Assembly: GCA_046724095.1 (NCBI GenBank)
Contig: JBKOVW010000235.1
Location: forward strand, 1-29,835
DNA: 29,835 nt
Reading direction: 5' to 3'
From: Actinomycetota bacterium
GTDB taxonomy: Bacteria; Actinomycetota; Thermoleophilia; Gaiellales; Gaiellaceae
The position numbers and the translations under genes were made by a program. How positions within the stretch are numbered: the first letter of the stretch is position 1; every line of letters begins with the position of its first letter. Under the pieces are notes generated by a model. It did not search any database and was not told the origin of the DNA. It saw only the letters and a program-made list of their open reading frames with translations. This document shows, in pieces, positions 1 to 7,409 of the stretch.

Positions 1-182
1 CCGCCGAGAAGCTCGACCAGCTCGTCAAGAGCCTCCGGGCGGCGGACGTCGGCTTCGCCCTGGCGGAGGTGCGCGGGCCGGTAATCGACGCTGCCAGGCG
101 GATTGGGGTTCTCGACACGATCGGCCAGGACCACCTGTTCCACACGATCGACGAAGCGGTTGCGAGACTGACCAGGGAATGA
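1..182 (+). CDS. SulP-family anion permease, C-terminal STAS domain (partial, 5' truncated)
   Basis: Frame from base 3 reads AEKLDQLVKSLRAADVGFALAEVRGPVIDAARRIGVLDTIGQDHLFHTIDEAVARLTRE*, typical of a SulP STAS C-terminus. TGA 180-182 overlaps the next ATG (ATGA). Confidence 0.75.
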   Translation, partial: AEKLDQLVKSLRAADVGFALAEVRGPVIDAARRIGVLDTIGQDHLFHTIDEAVARLTRE

Positions 183-1147
183 CGCTCACCAAGAACATGG
201 TCCAGGTGCCGGGCGGGACGTTCGGAATGGGCTCCGATCGCTTCTATCCGGAGGAGCGGCCGGTTCGGGAGGTGTCCGTCGATGCATTCTGGATCGATCG
301 CCACCCGGTGACCGTCGCCGAGTTCCGCCGCTTCGTGAAGGCGACCGGCCACGTCACCTGGGCCGAGCGCGCGCCGGAGGCCGCCGACTATCCCGACGCC
401 GAACCAGAGTCGCTCGTGCCCGGCTCGCTCGTGTTCCAGAAGACGTCGGAGCCGGTCGATCTGCGCGACTTTCGCAACTGGTGGAACTGGACGCCGGGTG
501 CGGACTGGCGCCATCCCGAAGGCCCACGTAGCGACGTCGGTGGTCGCGAGCTGCACCCGGTGACGCACGTCGCGTACTCAGATGCGGTCGCGTACGCCGA
601 GTGGGCGGGCAAGTCGCTCCCGACGGAAGCGGAGTGGGAGTACGCCGCCCGTGGCGGCCTCGATGGTGCGACGTACACGTGGGGCGACGAGTTCGCGCCG
701 AAGGGCCGGCCGATGGCGAACACATGGGAGGGCGAGTTTCCGTGGCAGAACGTGCGCACCGACGGCTACGAGGGAACCTCGCCGGTCGAGCGCTTCCCCC
801 CGAACGGCTACGGCCTCTACGACATGGCCGGAAACGTTTGGGAGTGGACCGCCGACGACTTCCGGCAGTCAGGCGCGAACGGGCGGCCGTGCTGCGCGCC
901 GGAGACGCCGCGTATTCCCGCGGATCACTTCCCGCGCAAGGTGATCAAGGGCGGCTCCCACCTCTGCGCGCCGAGCTACTGCCTGCGCTACCGACCAGCC
1001 GCCCGCCAGGCCGAGTCGATCGACACGTCGACCTGCCACATCGGTTTTCGCTGCGTCGTGCGGTTCGCGCATCCGCCTGTCGCCCCGGCGGGAAGACGCG
1101 ATCAGGAGGCTGATTGCGCAACCGCGAGCGCTGCAGCAACGAGATAA
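179..1147 (+). CDS. Formylglycine-generating enzyme (FGE/SUMF1 family, sulfatase maturation)
   Basis: GGTFGMGS, RLPT-like SLPTEAEWEYAARGG, YGLYDMAGNVWEW, KGGSHLCAPSYCLRYRPAAR (both active-site Cys), GFRCV. Confidence 0.93.
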   Translation: MTLTKNMVQVPGGTFGMGSDRFYPEERPVREVSVDAFWIDRHPVTVAEFRRFVKATGHVTWAERAPEAADYPDAEPESLVPGSLVFQKTSEPVDLRDFRNWWNWTPGADWRHPEGPRSDVGGRELHPVTHVAYSDAVAYAEWAGKSLPTEAEWEYAARGGLDGATYTWGDEFAPKGRPMANTWEGEFPWQNVRTDGYEGTSPVERFPPNGYGLYDMAGNVWEWTADDFRQSGANGRPCCAPETPRIPADHFPRKVIKGGSHLCAPSYCLRYRPAARQAESIDTSTCHIGFRCVVRFAHPPVAPAGRRDQEADCATASAAATR

Positions 1148-1839
1148 CCCAGTACCGTCACCAGGCCGACCGAGCGGCCGCCATGTTGAAAGGCCTCGGG
1201 CATCATCGAGTCGGCGAGCATCGTGAGCACGGCGCCGCCGGCGAACGCTTCCGCCCAGATCCCTTCGTGTGGCACGTTGTCTGCGACTAGGAAGCCTGCC
1301 GCGGCCATCAGGGCTGAGGCGGCAGTGAGGATCGTCCATCCCCACAGCACACGCCTCCTCGTGGATCCTGCCGCGAGCAGGCTGGTCGTGCCGGCGACGC
1401 CCTGCGGGATGTTGGAGACGAAGACAGCGGCGAGGAACGCAATGTTGATCGTGCCGCCGAGAGCGAGCGTAATGCCCAGGACGAATGATTCGGGGACGCC
1501 GTCGAGCAATGCGCCGATGAACATCGCCCAAGGGGAGCCGGCGCCCTCTTGCACGTCGAGGTCCTGCCGGTCTTCGCCGCCTTGTCCGTCGACGACCCGG
1601 TCGGCGACGTAGTAGGTCAGCGCCCCCAGGGCGAACGAGATCCCGACGCCGATCCCGTTTTCGAAGCTCGCTTCGGGAACGAGCTGATAGCCGACGGCGC
1701 TCACGAGTGTGCCGGCGCCGAACCCCATCAGCAGGCCGACCGCCTTGCGGTTGCCGGCAAGCGGGCCGGCGAGGAAGTGACCGATGAAGAGCGATGAGGA
1801 GGCGAGCGCACCCCAGAGCAACGCGTTCCAAGCGCTCAT
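1102..1839 (-). CDS. ZIP-family (ZupT/GufA-like) metal transporter
   Basis: Likely start ATG 1839 (MSAWNALLWGALASSSL). About 8 hydrophobic segments, GFGAGTL, LLDGVPES, SNIPQG, FAGGAVLTMLADSMMPEAF. The 5' extension to 2199 in the ORF track is antisense to the GAP gene and is rejected. Confidence 0.8.
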   Translation of the reverse strand: MSAWNALLWGALASSSLFIGHFLAGPLAGNRKAVGLLMGFGAGTLVSAVGYQLVPEASFENGIGVGISFALGALTYYVADRVVDGQGGEDRQDLDVQEGAGSPWAMFIGALLDGVPESFVLGITLALGGTINIAFLAAVFVSNIPQGVAGTTSLLAAGSTRRRVLWGWTILTAASALMAAAGFLVADNVPHEGIWAEAFAGGAVLTMLADSMMPEAFQHGGRSVGLVTVLGYLVAAALAVAQSAS

Positions 1840-1902
1840 CAGACCTCGACACGTTCGCCGTGCTGACAGCGTCTCCTCGCCGTAGCATCCCGGCCGAGCG
1901 CG

Positions 1903-2580
1903 ATGGGCCAGGCGATCGGACAGTGGTTGCCAACCGCGATCGGCATCGCGCTGAGCCCGCTTCCGATCGTGGCCGTCGTGCTGATGCTGGTGACGCCGCG
2001 CGGGCGCACAAATGGGCCGGCCTTCATCCTTGGCTGGTGGATCGGGCTCGCGATCGTCGGCGCGATCGTCCTTTCCGTCGCGGGCGGGGCCGGAGCGACG
2101 TCGAACGGCGAGCCGGCGACCTGGGTGAACGCGCTGAAGCTCGTCCTGGGTCTGTTGCTGCTCCTGGTGGCTGCGATGCAGTGGCGTCGCCGGCCGCACG
2201 AGGGGGAGACGTCGCCCGCTCCCAAGTGGATGGGTGCGTTAGAGACGTTCACGCCGGTGAAGGCGACCGGGGCAGGTGCGGTGCTCTCGGGGCTCAATCC
2301 GAAGAACCTGATGCTCGCGGTCGCGGGCGCGGCGGCGATCGCCGGCGTGGGCATTTCGACCGGGCAGGAGATCGCCGCCTACGCAGTCTTCGTGCTCGTC
2401 GCGAGCATCGGCGTCGGCGCGCCCGTCGTTATCTACTTCGCACTTGGTGACCGGTCGGCGTCGCTGCTCGAGCGGTTGAAGAACTGGATGGCGCAGAACA
2501 ACGCCGTGATCATGTCCGTACTCCTACTGGTAATCGGAGTCAAGCTGATCGGAGACGCGATCGCCGGCTTCAGCAGCTAA
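1903..2580 (+). CDS. GAP / sulfolipid-1-addressing (SfLAP) family membrane protein
   Basis: AIGIALSPLPIVAVVLML, FILGW, LNPKNL, LKNWMAQNNAVIMSVLLLVIG; six TM-like segments. Confidence 0.85.
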   Translation: MGQAIGQWLPTAIGIALSPLPIVAVVLMLVTPRGRTNGPAFILGWWIGLAIVGAIVLSVAGGAGATSNGEPATWVNALKLVLGLLLLLVAAMQWRRRPHEGETSPAPKWMGALETFTPVKATGAGAVLSGLNPKNLMLAVAGAAAIAGVGISTGQEIAAYAVFVLVASIGVGAPVVIYFALGDRSASLLERLKNWMAQNNAVIMSVLLLVIGVKLIGDAIAGFSS

Positions 2581-2659
2581 CTCAGCGGCCGGCCCTCCTT
2601 CTACTGGCGGTCGGTCGAAGACAGTAAGCTCCGCTTCTCGGGCGACGAGGAGGCGAGCT

Positions 2660-2836
2660 ATGGCGGGAGAAGCACCCTCGAACGGCCACGACTTCCCGGC
2701 CCGGGTCGATCGCAACCGGATGAGGCGCGCCCGTTTAAGCGTCGGCGGCGGGCCGTGCGGGGAGTGGGTGGATCGGGACGGCCGGCGGGAGATCGAGTTG
2801 ACGGGTGTCGCCGTCGATCCACGCACGACCGAGTAG
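2660..2836 (+). CDS. Possible small hypothetical protein (58 aa) or gene remnant
   Basis: GAGGAGG immediately upstream of ATG 2660. Reads MAGEAPSNGHDFPARVDRNRMRRARLSVGGGPCGEWVDRDGRREIELTGVAVDPRTTE*, with TAG at 2834-2836, 8 bp before the next gene. No recognisable domain. Confidence 0.25.
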   Translation: MAGEAPSNGHDFPARVDRNRMRRARLSVGGGPCGEWVDRDGRREIELTGVAVDPRTTE

Positions 2837-2844
2837 CTCCCCGG

Positions 2845-3531
2845 GTGCACATCGTCACGTTGAGCTTCGACGACGGCTTCGAGCGTTCGTCGATTCGGAC
2901 GGCGGAGATCTTCGAGCGCCACGGACTGGTCGCCGAGTTGAATGTGATCGCAGCCGGCCACCGGAGCAAGCCCGACGAGGAGTGGCACCGCCGCTGGCCC
3001 AAAGGCGACTTTCGCCTCTGGAACGAGCTCCAGGCGCGTGGCCACCGCGTGATGCCGCACGGCCTCGAGCACGTGAACAAAGCGGAGGTTCCGCCAGCCG
3101 AGGCAAAGCGGCTGATCGAGGCTTGCCTCGAGGTGTTTCGTGCCGAGCTGGCAGGGTTCGAAGCGTCGCGGGCGAGCTTCGCCTTTCCCTATAACAGCTC
3201 GACTCCGGCGCTCGAGGCCTGGCTCTGCACTCGCGTGCGCGCCTTCCGGACACTCGGCGATCCGGTGATGCCGCTCCCTTACTCCAACCAGCAACGCGTG
3301 ACGTGTACAAGCTTCGGTCCCGGGCGTTGTGACGACCATCTGTTGCACACGATCGACTCGTTCCTTGCAGGCGAGCGCGGGTGGCTCTGTTACAACCTTC
3401 ACGGGCTCGACGACGAGGGCTGGGGTCCGGTCGGCAGCGACACGCTCGACCGCCTGCTGGAACGGCTGGTCGCGCATGATGCCCGTGTGCTGCCGATCAC
3501 CGCTGCGCTCGACCTGGCCGTCGCCACATGA
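2845..3531 (+). CDS. Polysaccharide deacetylase (NodB homology, CE4-like), no signal peptide
   Basis: Likely start GTG 2845. TLSFDDG (motif 1), HGLEH (metal-binding His), FAFPYN, LHGLD. Stop overlaps the next ATG. Confidence 0.85.
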   Translation: MHIVTLSFDDGFERSSIRTAEIFERHGLVAELNVIAAGHRSKPDEEWHRRWPKGDFRLWNELQARGHRVMPHGLEHVNKAEVPPAEAKRLIEACLEVFRAELAGFEASRASFAFPYNSSTPALEAWLCTRVRAFRTLGDPVMPLPYSNQQRVTCTSFGPGRCDDHLLHTIDSFLAGERGWLCYNLHGLDDEGWGPVGSDTLDRLLERLVAHDARVLPITAALDLAVAT

Positions 3532-4223
3532 CTCTGCGCGAGAAGACCGCTCTCGTCACCGGCACCTCGCGCGGAATCGGGCCTGCGATCGCGCGGGCTC
3601 TGGCAAAGGAAGGAGCGCGGGTCCTCTGCCATGCGCGCAACGACGCCGATGCGCGGACGCTCGCGGACGAGCTCGGCGGCGTGGCGATCGTCGGCGACCT
3701 CTCGTCCGAGGATGGTGTCGAATCGGTGGCCGAGCAGACGTTGGCTGCGACGTCCGTGCTGCACGTCCTCGTCCACAACGCGGCCGTCAACCCGCGACCG
3801 CACGAGTCGTTCGACGAGGTCGACCGAGAGATCTTCCGCGAAGTCGTGCGGGTGAACGTCGAGGCTCCTCTCTTCCTCACACAGGCGCTCCTCGAGCCAC
3901 TTCGGGCGGCCTTCGGAGCCCGGGTAGTTCTCCTGTCTTCGCAGGCCGGGCAGATCACCGGCGGCATGCCGGCCGACGGCCTGAGCTACCGGGTCTCGAA
4001 GGCTGCGCTGAACGCGGTCAGCGCAGTAGCGGCCACCGCGCTCCGAGGCAACGCGATCCTCGTCAACGCGATGCACCCGGGCTGGGTCCGAACAGACATG
4101 GGCGGACCAGAAGCGCCGTTGTCCCCGGAGGAAGGGGCAGACACCGCCGTCTATCTCGCCACGCTTCCGGACGACGGTCCTTCGGGTCGCTTCTTCTACG
4201 AGCGTCGCGAGATCGACTGGTAG
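3528..4223 (+). CDS. Short-chain dehydrogenase/reductase (carbonyl-reductase-like SDR)
   Basis: TGTSRGIG, HNAA, YRVSK (YxxxK), NAMHPGWVRTDMGG. Confidence 0.93.
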   Translation: MTLREKTALVTGTSRGIGPAIARALAKEGARVLCHARNDADARTLADELGGVAIVGDLSSEDGVESVAEQTLAATSVLHVLVHNAAVNPRPHESFDEVDREIFREVVRVNVEAPLFLTQALLEPLRAAFGARVVLLSSQAGQITGGMPADGLSYRVSKAALNAVSAVAATALRGNAILVNAMHPGWVRTDMGGPEAPLSPEEGADTAVYLATLPDDGPSGRFFYERREIDW

Positions 4224-4229
4224 GCGACG

Positions 4230-5105
4230 ATGGCCGCAACGCGCTGCGTCGTCAATCCAGGGTGCAGTCTCGGCGAGGGGCCCCTCTGGGACTCCGACTC
4301 GCAACGCCTCTACTGGGTCGACATCCTCGAGAATCGCATCTACCGATACGACCCGGCCGACGGAGTCACGCGTTCCTGGACCACCCCGGAACATGTGGGT
4401 TTCGTCATCGTCAAACCGGGCGGGAAGCTCGTCGCCGGTTTCAAATCTGGGCTTCATCACGTCGAGCTCGGCGACGACGAGACCGTCACGTCGGCTCGGA
4501 TCGACCGGGTCGATCGCAACCGCGACGACGTCCGCTTCAACGACGCGACTTCCGATGCGGAGGGGCGGATGTGGGCCTGCACGCTTGGCGGAACGCCCGA
4601 GGAGCCGCTAGGGGCCTATTACTGCTACGACGGCGATCTGACCCGGCGCACCGTTGACGCCGGCTATTTCGTCGCAAACGGGCCGGCGCTCAGCCCGGAC
4701 CGCAGTCTGCTCTACACGGTTGAGACGAGCGGACATCCCCGCCGGCGCAAAGGCGTCTATGTGTCGCGCATCGCAGCGAGCGGAGCGCTCGAAGACCAGC
4801 GGCTGTTGATCCCCTGGGACGCCTATGACTCCTCACCCGACGGCGTCGTCACGGACGGCGACGGAAACCTCTGGCTCGGCGAGTTTCACGGCAACGTTCT
4901 CCGCTGCTTCAGCTCCGAGGGTGAGCAGCTCGCAGCCGTACCGCTGACCGCCTGGAACATCACCAAGGCGGTCTTCGGCGGCGAACGGGGTGATCTCCTC
5001 TACGTCACGAGTGCCCGCGTCGAAGTGGACGAGCAGACGCTCGCACGCTACCCGGACACCGGGGGTGTGATCGAAGTCTCGGGCACTGGTGCGCGGGCCG
5101 CTTAA
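4230..5105 (+). CDS. SMP-30/gluconolactonase/LRE family sugar lactonase
   Basis: LGEGPLWD, RFNDA, ANGPALSPD, PDGVVTDGDGNLW, FGGERGDLLYVTSAR. Confidence 0.92.
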   Translation: MAATRCVVNPGCSLGEGPLWDSDSQRLYWVDILENRIYRYDPADGVTRSWTTPEHVGFVIVKPGGKLVAGFKSGLHHVELGDDETVTSARIDRVDRNRDDVRFNDATSDAEGRMWACTLGGTPEEPLGAYYCYDGDLTRRTVDAGYFVANGPALSPDRSLLYTVETSGHPRRRKGVYVSRIAASGALEDQRLLIPWDAYDSSPDGVVTDGDGNLWLGEFHGNVLRCFSSEGEQLAAVPLTAWNITKAVFGGERGDLLYVTSARVEVDEQTLARYPDTGGVIEVSGTGARAA

Positions 5106-5117
5106 GGTGCACATTCA

Positions 5118-6254
5118 GTGAAGATCACCGCGCTCGAGCCGTTCGTCGTCGACATCGGATCGCGGAACTGGTTGTTCGTGGTCGTGGAGACCGACGACGG
5201 GGTCAGCGGCGTCGGCGAGGGCAGCCTGCCGGGCCATCCGCGCGCAGTTGCGACGGCGGTGGAGGAGTACCGGGAGTACATCGTCGGCGAAGATCCGGCG
5301 CGGATCCAGCATCTCTGGCAGCTGATGTACCGGCAGCCGTTCTTCCGCAGCGGTGCCGTGACCTTGTCGGGAATGAGCGCGATCGAGCAGGCGCTCTGGG
5401 ACATCAAAGGGAAAGTCGCGGGCCTGCCGGTCTACGAGCTGCTCGGCGGCCGCTGCCACGACCGCATCAAGCTCTACGCGAACGGGCCCGGCGGCGCCTC
5501 GCGCGAGGAGCTCGGCGAGAGCGCCCGTGCGCTTGTCGACGACGGATTCACGGCGCTGAAGACCGGCCTCGCCGAACCGGTGCTGCCCGTTCAGGGCGAC
5601 GGGATCTTCCGCCGCGCAGCCGAGCATCTCGAAGCGTTGCGCAGCGCCGTCGGCGAGGACGTGGAAATCGCGTGGGACGCGCACGGCCGGTTCACACCCG
5701 CAATGTCGATCAAGCTTGCCCGCGCGCTCGAGCCCTACAACGTCTGGTTCCTCGAGGAGCCCGCGTTGCCCGAGAATGCGAAGGGTCTGGCGCAGGTTGC
5801 GCTGGCAACCTCGATCCCGGTTGCGACGGGCGAACGCCTCTTCACGAAGTGGGCCTTTCGCGAAGTCCTCGAGCTCGGCGGCGCGGCGTTGCTGCAGCCG
5901 GACCTCTCCCATTGCGGCGGCGTGCTCGAAGCACGGGCAATCGCCGCAATGGCCGAGGTCTACTTCTGCGGGCTTGCGCCGCACAACCCGCTCGGCCCGA
6001 TCAACACGATCGTCTCGGCCCACGTGGGGATGGCCAGTCCGAACTTCGTCGCGCTCGAGGTCTGCAACTACGCGCCTGACTGGACACAAGGGCTGCTGAC
6101 CGAGCCGCTCGTCTACGCGGACGGCTACCTCGAACTGTCGGACAAGCCCGGCTGGGGGGTCGAGCTCGACCTCGAGCTGTGCCGGGCTCACCCGTATGTC
6201 GCCGCGAAGCTGCCGATCCTCCGGCATCCGAGCGGCGCGGTCGCCGACTGGTAG
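5118..6254 (+). CDS. dgoD: D-galactonate dehydratase-like enolase-superfamily (MR/MLE) enzyme
   Basis: IEQALWDIKGK, DAHGRF, LEEP, ATGERLF, QPDLSHCGG, PHNPLGP closely follow the DgoD pattern. Substrate not proven. Confidence 0.8.
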   Translation: MKITALEPFVVDIGSRNWLFVVVETDDGVSGVGEGSLPGHPRAVATAVEEYREYIVGEDPARIQHLWQLMYRQPFFRSGAVTLSGMSAIEQALWDIKGKVAGLPVYELLGGRCHDRIKLYANGPGGASREELGESARALVDDGFTALKTGLAEPVLPVQGDGIFRRAAEHLEALRSAVGEDVEIAWDAHGRFTPAMSIKLARALEPYNVWFLEEPALPENAKGLAQVALATSIPVATGERLFTKWAFREVLELGGAALLQPDLSHCGGVLEARAIAAMAEVYFCGLAPHNPLGPINTIVSAHVGMASPNFVALEVCNYAPDWTQGLLTEPLVYADGYLELSDKPGWGVELDLELCRAHPYVAAKLPILRHPSGAVADW

Positions 6255-6257
6255 CCA

Positions 6258-7409
6258 GTGACGGACAAGGTGCGCATCGGGTTCGTCGGCGCCGGGTTCA
6301 TGGGGCAGCTCGCGCACATCCGGAGCTACGCCCTGCTCCGCGAGGAATGCGAGCTCGTGGCACTGGCCGAACCGCGGCACCGTACGGCCGAGCTCGTGGC
6401 GGAGCGCTACGGCATCGGGCGCGTCTACCGCGATCATCGTGAGCTGCTCGAGTCGGAGCAGCTCGACGGGATCGTCGCTGCGCAGAAGTTCATGTATCAC
6501 GCCGCCCTGCTTCCCGAGCTCTATCCGCACGTGCGCCATCTCTTCACGGAGAAACCGCTCGCGCTCTCCGAGGCGACGGGCGAGCGGCTCGGGCGCCTTG
6601 CGCGGGAAAGCGGGTGCGTCCATATGCTCGGCTACCAGCGCCGCTCCGATCTGGCGACCGTCGAGGCCAAGCGCGTCGTCGACGCCTGGAAGGCGAGCGG
6701 TGAACTCGGCCGCCTCCGTTATCTGCGCATGTGCTTCACGGACGGCGACTGGACCGGCAATGCCCACGGGTTGATCGACGCCGGGGAGCAACCACCGTCG
6801 TTCCCCGCCGAGGAGCCGCCGCCCGAGTTCGCCGGAGACGAGGACGCCGTTTGGTCGCTCTCAATCGGCGTGGACACGCTCGTCCATCCGCTCAATCTCC
6901 TCCGTCACTTCGTCGGTGAGCCGTATCGGCTCGTCTTTGTTCACGCCACGGGCCGGCTCTGCGCGTTCGAGAGCGAATCGGGCGTCCCCATGACGATCGA
7001 GGTCTCGCCCTATCGCGTGTCGGTCGGCTACGACGAGGAGCTCTTAGTCGCGTTCGAGCGCGGGTACGTGCGGTTGTCCCCGGCCCCGTCCCTGGCCGTC
7101 AATCGTGCGGGTCGGGTCGAGATCTACAGCGATCCGGGAGGCGTGCCGCCACAGCGCGTCGCGCCAGAGCTCCCGTGGATCGATCCGCAGCAGGCGCAAG
7201 CGGCGAACTTCTTACGTGTCTGCCGCGGAGCGGCAGGACCGCCGACCGACGCCGCGGAAGCGGTCGAGGACCTGCGCCTCGTCGCGGACATCGTGCGTGC
7301 CCGCATGGACCTCCCCGGCGCTCGCGAAGCCGTCCGCACCGACCGCGAGGAACACGTGCGCGCCTGGGAAGAGCAGCTGCGCACGCTCGAGCGAAACAGG
7401 TCTACGTAG
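6258..7409 (+). CDS. Gfo/Idh/MocA family NAD(P)-dependent oxidoreductase
   Basis: IGFVGAGFMG Rossmann motif, LFTEKPLA, GYQRRSD. Confidence 0.88.
   Translation: MTDKVRIGFVGAGFMGQLAHIRSYALLREECELVALAEPRHRTAELVAERYGIGRVYRDHRELLESEQLDGIVAAQKFMYHAALLPELYPHVRHLFTEKPLALSEATGERLGRLARESGCVHMLGYQRRSDLATVEAKRVVDAWKASGELGRLRYLRMCFTDGDWTGNAHGLIDAGEQPPSFPAEEPPPEFAGDEDAVWSLSIGVDTLVHPLNLLRHFVGEPYRLVFVHATGRLCAFESESGVPMTIEVSPYRVSVGYDEELLVAFERGYVRLSPAPSLAVNRAGRVEIYSDPGGVPPQRVAPELPWIDPQQAQAANFLRVCRGAAGPPTDAAEAVEDLRLVADIVRARMDLPGAREAVRTDREEHVRAWEEQLRTLERNRST

Noticed and set aside
5115-6791. 558-aa minus-strand ORF
   Set aside because: Antisense shadow of the dehydratase and Gfo genes, with no domain motifs; long shadow ORFs are expected at this GC content.
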